A stretch of 64,000 nucleotides of DNA. It comes from Silanimonas sp. (GTDB lineage Bacteria > Pseudomonadota > Gammaproteobacteria > Xanthomonadales > Xanthomonadaceae). The notes under the pieces were generated by a model that saw only the letters and a list, made by a program, of their open reading frames with translations, made no database searches and was not told the origin of the DNA. The stretch spans positions 66,380-130,379 of the forward strand of contig NZ_JBILJW010000002.1 of the NCBI RefSeq assembly GCF_044377035.1, in the 5' to 3' direction. Position numbers and translations under genes: made by a program. Every line of letters starts with the position of its first letter. Position 1 is the first letter of the stretch. Shown one piece after another: positions 9,250-17,591 of the stretch.

Positions 9250-12200
9250 CGTCGGCACCTCGAGGCGGATCGGCCCCACGCCACCGCCGATCGACGGGGA
9301 CACCGTGATCTGCATTTCCGCCGCGCTGCAGCGCGGCGCCGCCCCGCCTTCGCAGAGCTGGTAGCGCAGCCGATCGATGCCGCTCCACGACGCCGCAGGC
9401 ACGTAACGGATGAGGTCGTCGGCGGGGCCAGGAAGCGGCCCCGCCACGATGGACGCCGTACCCGGCGACGGGCTGGAAACAATCACCAAACGACCGCCGG
9501 CAAGCGCGGCCGAAGAATAGACGTCGTTAGCTACGACGGCCATGGTCGTCGCTGGACCGTTCTCGGCCACCCAGAGCCGGTCGGGCCTCGCCACGATGAC
9601 GTTGATGTCGACGATCACCAGCGGGTCGGCGAACGCCACCACCTGCAGGTTGCCATCGCTGGCGGTGATGCGCGCGCTGATCCGACGGCCGACATCGGCA
9701 TCCGCGACCTGGTAGGTCTCGCCCGTCGCACCGGGGATGGGGATGCCGTCGCGCAACCACTCACGGTTTACTGTCACGGCGTCGCCGTCCGGGTCGCGGG
9801 CGCCGTAGGCCTGGAGCGTCAGTACCTCGCGCGGCCGCGGCACACCGCTGATCCGGGGCACCGCGTCGAACTGAGGGGGATCGGGGACCGGCGCGAGGCG
9901 AAGGGTCCACTGTGCGGACGTCGCCGCGGTGCCGGCGCCCATCGAGGTGCCGACGTTCACACGCAAGGCCACGTCGCCATTCGCGTCAGCACTCGGGGTG
10001 TAGGTGAACGCCGGCCGCGCCGCGAGCGCGACGACCCGCGCGGCCTCGCCTTCGACGGAAATCCAGCCGCTCGACGGGGAGATGGTCAGTCCGCTGGTAT
10101 CGCCCGACACCGACCATGCGCCGCCGGTGACCTCGAGTCGCAAACCAATCCGGGCAGAGTCTGGCTCGTCGACGGTGAAGGCCGGGATGAGCAGCGGCTG
10201 GTCCTCGACGCCCTCGATCACAAGCTGCATCGGGGAAATCGTCGGCGGGTCGTCCCTCTCGACAACGAAAATCGATCCCACCTGTGCCGTTGCCGTCGCG
10301 CCCGGGGCACCGGCAATGGCGCCGAGATTGCGCGTTCCGCCACGCACCAACGGCCCTTCGGTGAAGAAGGACACCGTGGCGAGGGCACTGCTGCACTGGG
10401 CAGGCGTGAGCGTGCCGCCCACCGGGGCCAAATCGAGACGCATGGCGACTGCGTTCCAGCGCGCGTTGGGCGCGTCCGAACCGAGGCGATCGGTAGCGGG
10501 GTTGCCGCCACCCGAAATCACGGCCGCGCAGATGGCGATGTCACTGTCGACGTCGTCGACCCTGGCATCGATGCCCAGGCGCTGCGGCGCATCGCCTTCG
10601 GTGTAGTAGGCGGAGCGCGGGTTCGCATAGATCGTCGGCGCATCGTCGACAGGCGTGATGCGGATCGTGCGGGTCAGCGCGCCTGACGCCGAATCGCCAG
10701 GCCCCCCTTGGTCGCGGACCGTGAACGTGAGCGTGACGTCACGCGTGTCGTTGGGCTCGGTGCGGAAAAGAACGCGGCCGGCGGCCAAAGCGGCACGGAC
10801 CTCGGCCACGGAGCCGGCCAGACTGGCTTCCCGCGACGACCAGCCCGAGGGGCTGACCTTAAGGGAACCGCGGTCGACGGCAAAAGCCACATAGATCGTG
10901 CCGCGGCTGTCGGCGTCGAAAAAGTCGAAGCCCTGCAGGCTCAATTCCACGTCTTCAGTTGCCTGCAGCGCGTCCGGCCCCGAGGGCACGGGCGGATCGT
11001 TGAACGGCTGAACACGGAGCGGGATGTCCATCGGCGTGGACTTCACGTCGCCGTCAACGGCTTCGAAACGCACAGTGCGGTCGAGCGCTGCGGCCACCTC
11101 GGCTCGGTTGCTGTAGCCCACACGGCGAATCGCCTCGCGCCAATGGGCGAGGGTCGCGGTTCCGGACGGCGACCGCAACGACAGGGTCGCCGACGCCGCA
11201 TTGAAGCTGGCTCCGATGTCGCCGATGGCCCCGCCCGGAGTGATCTCGAGGCCTTCACCCGCGACGGCATCGAGGATCCGCACGTCGACGCGAGACGGCC
11301 GGTCACCTTCGAGGTCACACAGCAGCGCACCCGGCGCCAGCACCACGGCAGGAGCATCCTCAACCGCCGCGATGACGTCCGTCGCCTCGCGGCTCAGCGA
11401 CGGCTCGGTGTTGACTGGCAAGGCGAGGCTTCCCACGCGCATTGGCGCACGATCAAGGCCCACCGGCCGTCCCACGGCAACGAGGGTCCGCGACGAGGTG
11501 TCCCAAGTGGCGCCGTAGATTTGACTGCCGGTGGCCGCAACGAGCGGGCGCAGGGTGCAACCGTCCCACAGCCGGGCGCCATCGAAGCGCTGTTCGCCAT
11601 ACGGCGCGCGCAAGGCGCCGACAAGCAGGGCGCCCCCACCCGGCAGGGGCATCACGCCGTTCGGGCTACCAAAGACGTCCTTCCCCAAGGGTGACCATGT
11701 CCGCGTCGCCGGGCTCCAGCGGAACAGGGGCGTCGCGGGCTGGCCGAAGCTGAACTCGTTGGCGTACTGGGTGCCAAGCAGCGTGCCGGTCTCCGTATCC
11801 CAGGCCGTCGCAGTGAGACCGCCCGGAGATCGCTCCATCGCCTGCCAAGCCGCACCGTCCCAGAGGGCAATACCCGGGCTGCTGACACCACCCGCTGTGG
11901 AAAAAGCGCCAGTCACGAACAGCGCGCCGTCCGCGTCCCGAAGCGAGGCGTGTCCCACCGGGCCGCTCAATCCGGACTGAAGTCGATTCCAGCGCGTGCC
12001 ATCCCACATGGCGATGTTGCTCACGCCGGCATCGCCCGCATCGTCGAACTCGCCCATGGCGAACAGACGGCCACGCGCCGGATCCAGTAAGAGTTTGCTC
12101 ACGGAGAGGGAATCATCCGCGCGCAAGCCTGAGCCCAGCGGCTGCCAGCGAGCGCCGTCCCAAACAGCGATGTTAGCGGCCGCGACGCCCCCGGCGACGG

Positions 12201-13611
12201 CAAACCTGCCGGCGGCATACAGGCGACGGGTCGATCGATCCCACGCCAGTGCGGTCACGGAGTCGTCCCGCACGACGCCGACGCCAGCACCGAGGGCCAC
12301 CCAGCGGGCACCGTCCCAACGCGCCACGCGCGCGGCGGCCACCCCATCGATCGCAGTGAAGTCGCCACCGACGTAGAGATCCCCGGTGTCCGGGTCACGC
12401 ACCACTTCGTTGACACGGCCCGACGTGCCGGGATCGAAGGCGGACCAGTTGCCACCGGCCAAGGCCGCGACATTGTTCGCCGTGATCCCGCCGATCTCCC
12501 GGAACATGCCACCGACGACAAGTCGGCCCTGCGTGGCATCCCAGGTCACCGAAGCGACAAAGTCCTCCGAACTGCCTGCGAGCACCTGCCAAGACGCCCC
12601 GTTCCAGACATGAAGCGCGGTGTACTGCGTGTCGACGTTGATCAGGGCGTACAGGCGGCCATGCACCGGATCGATGGCCAGTTCGCCACCGCTCTCCCAC
12701 CCGTTGGCGCTGGAGCGTCCATCGCCGACGGTGGACCACGTCGTACCGTCCCACTGGATCACGGCCAAACGATCGAAGTCCCCTTCCCGCGTGCTCGTGG
12801 CGTTGAGGTAAACGCGACCGCTGACGGGGTGGACGGCGACGTGGCCCGGCGCGAGATCGAACTCCGCGGAAGCCACGCCCGTCCACGCCGTGCCGTTCCA
12901 GTAGGCGAATCCTTCCGCGGGAATACCGCCATCGACCCGATCAAACGCGCCGGACACATAGAGGCGTCCGTTCGACGGCGACCACGCCAACGACTGCGCG
13001 TAACCATTCCCGTCGAGGCCAGCGCCGAGCGACTGCCAGCGCGTGCCATCCCAGCGGCCGACGCCATTCAACGCCCTGCCTTCGATGGCGTCGAACGCCC
13101 CTCCAGCGTAAAGATGGCCCGTGGCCGGATCCACGGCGAGCGAGCGGATGCCGGGTGGCGAAACGTAGCCGTCCGGCGTACCGGTCGCGCGAAGTGCAGA
13201 CCAGCGGGTCCCGTCCCACATCGCCAAACCGTTGGCGCGAACGCCACCAATCTCGGTAAAGGTGCCAGCGACGTAAAGCCGGCCACGGGAGCCATCCCAA
13301 GCCATCGCAGTGATCGAGAGTTGCGCACCAACCGCGTGGCCGAGGCCCCGCCAGCGGCTGCCGTTCCAATGCGCGATGCCGAGAGCGGCCTCGTCCTTGA
13401 CGCCGGTAAACCAGCCGGCGATGAACACCTGCCCGTTCCCAGCGGCTGTGTGCGTCACCAGACTGTCGATCTCGCCCGATGCACGCCGCTGCCAGTCGAG
13501 GCCGGGGATCGCGGGTTCCACCGCCGCCGTGGCGACGTTGACGAACAGCACAGCGAACAGCGCGGCGAAAGCGAGCCACCGCGGAGCGCGGTGAACGTCC
13601 TTGTCGAACAT
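7519..13611 (-). CDS. Giant secreted protein A (2030 aa): signal peptide, about 14 propeller blades, cadherin-like repeats, shared C-terminal cassette
   Basis: Uninterrupted 6.1-kb ORF with a GAGGA SD 7 nt upstream. N terminus WLAFAALFAVLFVNVATAAV. About 14 repeats of ~50 aa of the type LAWD..xGRLYVGGxFxxxGGVxAxxIAxWDGxxWxxLGxG. Then domains bounded by NDPP/VDDAPT/DDPPT/VPDPP. Two PPC-like domains plus a tandem novel module at the end. Confidence 0.85.
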   Translation of the reverse strand: MFDKDVHRAPRWLAFAALFAVLFVNVATAAVEPAIPGLDWQRRASGEIDSLVTHTAAGNGQVFIAGWFTGVKDEAALGIAHWNGSRWRGLGHAVGAQLSITAMAWDGSRGRLYVAGTFTEIGGVRANGLAMWDGTRWSALRATGTPDGYVSPPGIRSLAVDPATGHLYAGGAFDAIEGRALNGVGRWDGTRWQSLGAGLDGNGYAQSLAWSPSNGRLYVSGAFDRVDGGIPAEGFAYWNGTAWTGVASAEFDLAPGHVAVHPVSGRVYLNATSTREGDFDRLAVIQWDGTTWSTVGDGRSSANGWESGGELAIDPVHGRLYALINVDTQYTALHVWNGASWQVLAGSSEDFVASVTWDATQGRLVVGGMFREIGGITANNVAALAGGNWSAFDPGTSGRVNEVVRDPDTGDLYVGGDFTAIDGVAAARVARWDGARWVALGAGVGVVRDDSVTALAWDRSTRRLYAAGRFAVAGGVAAANIAVWDGARWQPLGSGLRADDSLSVSKLLLDPARGRLFAMGEFDDAGDAGVSNIAMWDGTRWNRLQSGLSGPVGHASLRDADGALFVTGAFSTAGGVSSPGIALWDGAAWQAMERSPGGLTATAWDTETGTLLGTQYANEFSFGQPATPLFRWSPATRTWSPLGKDVFGSPNGVMPLPGGGALLVGALRAPYGEQRFDGARLWDGCTLRPLVAATGSQIYGATWDTSSRTLVAVGRPVGLDRAPMRVGSLALPVNTEPSLSREATDVIAAVEDAPAVVLAPGALLCDLEGDRPSRVDVRILDAVAGEGLEITPGGAIGDIGASFNAASATLSLRSPSGTATLAHWREAIRRVGYSNRAEVAAALDRTVRFEAVDGDVKSTPMDIPLRVQPFNDPPVPSGPDALQATEDVELSLQGFDFFDADSRGTIYVAFAVDRGSLKVSPSGWSSREASLAGSVAEVRAALAAGRVLFRTEPNDTRDVTLTFTVRDQGGPGDSASGALTRTIRITPVDDAPTIYANPRSAYYTEGDAPQRLGIDARVDDVDSDIAICAAVISGGGNPATDRLGSDAPNARWNAVAMRLDLAPVGGTLTPAQCSSALATVSFFTEGPLVRGGTRNLGAIAGAPGATATAQVGSIFVVERDDPPTISPMQLVIEGVEDQPLLIPAFTVDEPDSARIGLRLEVTGGAWSVSGDTSGLTISPSSGWISVEGEAARVVALAARPAFTYTPSADANGDVALRVNVGTSMGAGTAATSAQWTLRLAPVPDPPQFDAVPRISGVPRPREVLTLQAYGARDPDGDAVTVNREWLRDGIPIPGATGETYQVADADVGRRISARITASDGNLQVVAFADPLVIVDINVIVARPDRLWVAENGPATTMAVVANDVYSSAALAGGRLVIVSSPSPGTASIVAGPLPGPADDLIRYVPAASWSGIDRLRYQLCEGGAAPRCSAAEMQITVSPSIGGGVGPIRLEVPTGSGFRDLQGIGLRPLSNVLFNASALHAPSGWSLVTNLDTTPESPWDRSFEGTSFQMRRIAASATPVERHLVVEAAGLAGDVDLYVGIDGNGDGQPSVLEVECAASSGVGERCDVPLTPTANLPLDYWVVVHNRAGVRQTIGVSSAEIPLSVGDGSLVATAPGNAPAGASTPVRLQWNDPTLLATERRWGAIRMIVDGVVQAVVPVEVKRTAAESTAVALQDGVARTFRMRQGETLDHAFIDVPAGATELRITTQSAAGIALSAVRAPAAASSAAQPLVPRAPSTTPEGRSDVFGGNESVVIANPAPGRWYAVVANPGSGAVALSLRATVVGTAPRVRPGGYYNPGRSGSGLFVYPAGAAWAGLWYTYLQDGTPTWYYLQEAAPGANGIWRGVVYRSAWFGTRNQLTAIGHATITPTSTSAFTLSYTLDGEVGSEAYENFGGGCPTFAGATLNASGHWFDPARSGSGYSVQLFPNYEFYTVFGYDARGVPRYLIAERSGIGAATQTLNLEQNTGACPLCVRTGDPVRSRIGTFTRTFASGTLQGIQLSGTYTAGVPGTWAASDVVTPLGSLQGCPVN

Positions 13612-13627
13612 CGAATCCTCGATTACA

Positions 13628-13636
13628 GGGGGGGGG
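13628..13636 (-). repeat. Homopolymeric G9 (C9 on the coding strand) 17 nt upstream of the giant-A start codon
   Basis: Coding strand reads ...gggttgattCCCCCCCCCtgtaatcGAGGAttcgATG. It lies in the 69-nt gap between the cysB stop and the giant-A start. Confidence 0.8.
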
Positions 13637-13680
13637 AATCAACCCGTGACTTTAACAGACGCTCAACCGAGCCACCCCGC

Positions 13681-14667
13681 TCAGTTCGTGATCGCTTGGC
13701 TCAACTCCACCCAGCTCGGCGGCGTCGGCCACACGGATTCCTGGTGCCCGCCCAGCACGCGCTGCAGGTCGTGGCGGTCCAACTGCGGGGCCACGTGGCG
13801 GAACAGGTCGAAGGCGTAGCGTCGCAGCACGCGCTCCTTGGGCACCACGGCCCAGGCCGTGCATTCGGGCAACACCTCCGGCGCAGGCAGCACGGCGAGA
13901 TCGCTGTCGAAGACCGAGCTCACCGCCATCTCGGCGAGGATGCCCACGCCCAGTCCGGCGCGCACATAGGTCTTGATCAGGTCCGCGTCGTGCGCGGTCA
14001 TCGCCACCGTGGGGCTCAGGCCGACATCGCTGAAGGCGCGGCGCAGTGAGCTCTCGGGCTGGCTGGTGCTGTGGTAGCTGACGAGCGGATGCGCGGCGAG
14101 GTCCTCGAGCGTCGGCGCGCGGCCGAGCTTGGCCAGCGCATGCTCCTTCGGCACGACGACGATGCGGCGCCAACGATACAGCGGGATGGCATACCCACCG
14201 GCCGGAACGCTGCCGACGCTGCTGACAATGGCGATGTCGGCATTGCCCTTCGCGAGATGCGGCAGCACGTCGTTGTCGGCCAGCGACTGCAGCTGCACGC
14301 CCACCTGCGGGTACTCGCGATTCAGCGCGCCAATCGCAGCCGGCAGCACAAAGCGGGCCTGCGTGTGGGTGGTGGCGATGTGCAGCGTTCCGGCCGCTTC
14401 GCCGCGCTGGTTGGCGGCGAAGGCGCGGATGTTCGCGGCCTCGGCGACGGCGCGACGCGCGTGCGCCAAGACGACCTGCCCGGCTTCGGTGATCGATTCG
14501 AGGCTGCGGCCCTTGCGCTGGAACAGCAGAAAGCCGAGCTCGTCCTCCAGCTGCTTGAGCTGTTTGGAGATGCCGGGTTGGGTGGCATGCACCCTGTCCG
14601 CGGCCGTGGTGATGTTCAGGCCGGCGTCGACGATGGCGATGAGGTAGCGGAGCTGGGTGAGGGTCAT
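13681..14667 (-). CDS. cysB: LysR-family transcriptional regulator CysB
   Basis: MTLTQLRYLIAIVDAGLNITTAADRVHATQPGISKQLKQLEDELG aligns from residue 1 with E. coli CysB (MKLQQLRYIVEVV...TSQPGISKQVRMLEDELG). IATTHTQARF and DADLIKTYVRAGLGVGI are also conserved. The track start at 14718 adds 17 unsupported residues. Confidence 0.85.
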   Translation of the reverse strand: MTLTQLRYLIAIVDAGLNITTAADRVHATQPGISKQLKQLEDELGFLLFQRKGRSLESITEAGQVVLAHARRAVAEAANIRAFAANQRGEAAGTLHIATTHTQARFVLPAAIGALNREYPQVGVQLQSLADNDVLPHLAKGNADIAIVSSVGSVPAGGYAIPLYRWRRIVVVPKEHALAKLGRAPTLEDLAAHPLVSYHSTSQPESSLRRAFSDVGLSPTVAMTAHDADLIKTYVRAGLGVGILAEMAVSSVFDSDLAVLPAPEVLPECTAWAVVPKERVLRRYAFDLFRHVAPQLDRHDLQRVLGGHQESVWPTPPSWVELSQAITN

Positions 14668-14715
14668 GGGAGCGAAGCCGTGGCAGGGGCCGGCGGCGTG
14701 GTCGCGCCGGAAGTC

Positions 14716-14741
14716 CATCCATTCATCGCGATGAAACGATA
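14716..14741. promoter_or_regulatory. 26-bp box with perfect 14-bp palindrome TTCATCGCGATGAA (copy 1, cysB/cysG divergent region)
   Basis: catccaTTCATCGCGATGAAacgata. Palindrome at 14722..14735, about 55 nt upstream of the cysB ATG. A 23/26 inverted copy lies at 17333..17358. Confidence 0.4.
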
Positions 14742-14868
14742 AATATTCCGAGACGTCCAGTCCCTACTGATAACCGCAAGGTATATGCACCGCGCCGAGC
14801 GGCATTTCCAGCCCTCGGCCCGCGCGGACTAGCGTGCCCAGACCGGACACCACCGACCGCCTCTGCTC

Positions 14869-16335
14869 ATGCCCTCCCCGCTTTTCCCCGTCTTCCTCGA
14901 CCTCGCCGGCCGCCGCGTGCTGCTGGTGGGCGGTGGCGTGGTGGCGAAGCGGAAGGCCGAGGCCCTGATGGAGGCCGGCGCCGACGTGGTGGTCGGCGCC
15001 CCTGAGTTGGAGCCCGAGCTGGCACAGGCGGTGGCCGAGGGACGCCTTGCCCATCGCCCGGGCCCCTTCCATCCGGGCTGGCTGGACGGCGCGTGGCTGG
15101 TGATCGCCGCCACCGACAACCCCGAGGTCAATGCCGCCATCGCACGCGAGGCCGAGGCCCGTCGTCTCTGGGTCAACGTCGTCGACGACGCGCCGCGCTG
15201 CACCTTCCAGGTGCCGGCGCGCGTCGAGCGCGGGCCGCTGCAGATCGCGATCAGCAGCCGCGGCGAAGCGCCGATGCTCGCGCGTTGGCTGCGGGAACGC
15301 CTCGAAACCGAATTGGATCCGGCGCTTGGCGACCTCGCCGAGTGGTTGGGGTCGAAGCGAGAGGACTTGCGTTCGCGATTCCCGCAAACCGCGCGCCGCC
15401 GTCAAGTGATCGAAGCGCTGATCCGCGGACCGGCCGCCGACGCCCTGCGCAACGGTGATCTCGCCGAAGCCGAAGCCGCCTTCGCGGCCGCCCTCGATGA
15501 AGACACGATGCCCCGCGGCCGCGTGATCCTCGTGGGCGCCGGCCCGGGAGACCCCGGCCTGCTGACACTTCGCGGATTGCGTGCGCTCAACCAGGCCGAT
15601 GTGGTCCTGCACGACCGGCTCGTCAGCGCCGACGTCCTCGCCCTCGCCCGCCGCGATGCCGAGACCATCGAGGTTGCCAAGGAAGCCGGCACGCACCACA
15701 CCACCCAGCAGCGCATCCACGAATTGCTCATCGAGCACGCCAAGGCCGGCAAGACGGTCGTCCGGCTCAAGGGCGGCGATCCCTTCGTGTTTGGTCGCGG
15801 CGGCGAAGAACTGGAAGCGCTGCGCGCCGAAGGCATCCCGTACGAGGTCGTACCGGGCATCACCGCGGCCGTCGCCTGCGGCGCCTACGCCGGCATCCCG
15901 CTCACGCACCGCGACCACGCGCAGTCGGTTCGACTCGTCACCGCACACTGCCGCAATTCCATCGACACGCTGGATTGGGCTGCGCTCGCACAGGAGCGCC
16001 AGACGCTGGCGGTCTACATGGGTGTGCAAGGCCTCGACACCATCCGCGACCGCCTCATCGCCCACGGCCGAGCGCCAACCACGCCCTTCGCATTGGTCGA
16101 AAACGGCAGCCGCGCGAACCAGCGCGTCGTGCTCGGAACGCTCGCCGACCTGCCCGAACGCGCGCTCGCCGAGAACGTGCGCTCCCCGGCCCTGCTCATC
16201 CTCGGCGAAGTCGCGGCCCTTGCCAGCGACCTGCACTGGTTCGGCGATCCCCCCAACGGCGCGGTTTCGCCGACACTCGCCGCAACCCTTTCCTCACCCT
16301 CCCCTACAACTGCCGCGCTCACCCTCGCCGCTTAG
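14869..16335 (+). CDS. cysG: Siroheme synthase CysG (precorrin-2 dehydrogenase/ferrochelatase plus uroporphyrinogen-III methyltransferase)
   Basis: N-terminal Rossmann motif [15 protein letters not shown]. Methyltransferase motifs [14 protein letters not shown] and [16 protein letters not shown]. 488 aa. Confidence 0.9.
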   Translation: MPSPLFPVFLDLAGRRVLLVGGGVVAKRKAEALMEAGADVVVGAPELEPELAQAVAEGRLAHRPGPFHPGWLDGAWLVIAATDNPEVNAAIAREAEARRLWVNVVDDAPRCTFQVPARVERGPLQIAISSRGEAPMLARWLRERLETELDPALGDLAEWLGSKREDLRSRFPQTARRRQVIEALIRGPAADALRNGDLAEAEAAFAAALDEDTMPRGRVILVGAGPGDPGLLTLRGLRALNQADVVLHDRLVSADVLALARRDAETIEVAKEAGTHHTTQQRIHELLIEHAKAGKTVVRLKGGDPFVFGRGGEELEALRAEGIPYEVVPGITAAVACGAYAGIPLTHRDHAQSVRLVTAHCRNSIDTLDWAALAQERQTLAVYMGVQGLDTIRDRLIAHGRAPTTPFALVENGSRANQRVVLGTLADLPERALAENVRSPALLILGEVAALASDLHWFGDPPNGAVSPTLAATLSSPSPTTAALTLAA

Positions 16336-16353
16336 CCTCCTACGGATCCTGAC

Positions 16354-17319
16354 ATGGCCCTTTTTGATTCCATTCTCGACACCATCGGCCGCACGCCCAT
16401 CGTCAAGCTCTCGCGCATCGCGCCGAAGCACGTCGAGCTCTACGTCAAGGTCGAAGCCTTCAACCCCGGCGGGTCGGTGAAGGACCGCCTCGCCCTCGCC
16501 ATCGTCCTCGACGCCGAGAAGAAGGGACTGCTGAAGCCCGGCGATACCATCGTGGAAGCCACCTCGGGCAACACCGGCGTCGCGCTGGCCATGGTGGCCG
16601 CGGCGCGCGGCTACAAGTTCGTCGCCGTGATGACGGAAACCTTCTCGGTCGAGCGCCGCAAGCTGATGCGCGCTTACGGCGCCAAGGTGATCCTCACACC
16701 GGCCGCCGAGCGCGGCAGCGGCATGGTGCGCAAGGCGAAGGAACTCGCGGAGAAGCACGGCTGGTTCCTCGCCCGCCAGTTCGAGAACGAGGCGAATCCC
16801 GCGTGGCACCGCAACACCACGGGCCCGGAAATCCTGCAGGACTTCGTCGGCAAGCGGCTCGACTACTTCGTCAGCGGCTGGGGCACCGGCGGCACGCTGA
16901 CCGGCGTCGGCCAGACCCTGAAACTCGCCCGTCCCGACGTGAAGATCGTCAGCACCGAACCGGCAGGCGCGCAGCTGCTCGGGGGCAAGGAATGGCAGCC
17001 GCACAAGATCCAGGGCTGGACCCCGGACTTCATCCCCGCGGTGCTCGACCGCAGCGTCGTGGACGACATCAAGCCGATCGAGGACCTCGTCGCGCGTGAC
17101 ACCGCTCGGCGCCTCGCGGCCGAGGAAGGCGTCTTCGTGGGCCTCTCCGCCGGCGCCACGCTGGCCGCGGCGCTGCAGGTCGCCAACGAAGCCCCGGCGG
17201 GCTCGGTGATCCTCGCCATGCTTCCCGACACCGGCGAGCGCTACCTCAGCACGATCCTGTTCGAGGGCGTCAACGAAGGCTCCGACGACGAATGGCTGGC
17301 CTCGCTCGACGCGGCGTGA
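16354..17319 (+). CDS. cysK: Cysteine synthase A (O-acetylserine sulfhydrylase)
   Basis: IGRTPIVKLSR ... KVEAFNPGGSVKDR (PLP lysine) ... TSGNTG. 18 nt after cysG, so a likely operon. Confidence 0.9.
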   Translation: MALFDSILDTIGRTPIVKLSRIAPKHVELYVKVEAFNPGGSVKDRLALAIVLDAEKKGLLKPGDTIVEATSGNTGVALAMVAAARGYKFVAVMTETFSVERRKLMRAYGAKVILTPAAERGSGMVRKAKELAEKHGWFLARQFENEANPAWHRNTTGPEILQDFVGKRLDYFVSGWGTGGTLTGVGQTLKLARPDVKIVSTEPAGAQLLGGKEWQPHKIQGWTPDFIPAVLDRSVVDDIKPIEDLVARDTARRLAAEEGVFVGLSAGATLAAALQVANEAPAGSVILAMLPDTGERYLSTILFEGVNEGSDDEWLASLDAA

Positions 17320-17332
17320 TGCCGAAAAGTCA

Positions 17333-17358
17333 TATCTTTTCATCGCGATAAAGGGATG
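17333..17358. promoter_or_regulatory. Second (inverted) copy of the 26-bp TTCATCGCGAT box
   Basis: tatcttttcatcgcgataaagggatg. Its reverse complement matches 14716..14741 at 23/26 positions. It lies 14 nt after the cysK stop and about 35 nt before the riboswitch-like element. Confidence 0.4.
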
Positions 17359-17392
17359 ACAAGCGCCGCAGGTCGGTCCAAGATGGCTGCAC

Positions 17393-17515
17393 ACACCATC
17401 CAGACCGGCTGAGGGACAGGCCCGAAGACGCCGGGGCAAGCACCGACCGCATCCCGCGGCGGCGCGCTGCCAACGCCTGCGGCGAGGCCTTCGGGCCAAA
17501 GCCGGTCGATGGGTC
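17393..17515 (+). promoter_or_regulatory. SAM-I-clan (S-box-like) riboswitch aptamer candidate in the metX leader
   Basis: ccAUC-CAGAccGGCuGAGGGAcaGGCCCgaAGAcGCCgGGGCAAGC ... GGCCAAAGCCGGUC-GAUGG. The core GAGGGA/GGCCC/AGA..GCC/GCAA and a closing helix ccauc/gaugg match the S-box consensus. It lies in the 272-nt gap upstream of methionine genes. Confidence 0.55.
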
Positions 17516-17591
17516 GTCAGGGAGCCTGCAGGCAGGCACTCCCGATGGCCGTCGCCGGCCACCGCGGGGGGGATGGGCACCGGAGCCCGCC

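Noticed and set aside
7519-13611. RTX/T1SS-type giant adhesin interpretation for the 2030-aa protein.
   Set aside because: An N-terminal Sec-like signal is present. There are no GGxGxD nonapeptide repeats, no adjacent T1SS ABC/MFP/TolC genes, and the C terminus is the Cys-containing shared cassette.
14668-14718. N-terminal extensions given by the ORF track. Examples: cysB from 14718, pssA from 25265, the ThrE-family gene from 29432, the hemolysin-III-family gene from 22430, ccmA/B/E/G/H/I, the metB-like gene from 17873, the YjgR-like gene from 57105, greB from 60018.
   Set aside because: Internal starts align with the conserved N termini of the families, give ATGA/GTGA/TGATG coupling with the upstream gene, or avoid terminators and overlaps. 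The extensions have shadow-ORF composition.
17355-17411. 18-codon upstream ORF (MTSAAGRSKMAAHTIQTG) starting at the ATG inside the second 26-bp box, as a possible leader peptide.
   Set aside because: It has no Met/Cys-rich regulatory codons and no convincing SD, and it runs into the riboswitch-like aptamer. The riboswitch explanation is more parsimonious.
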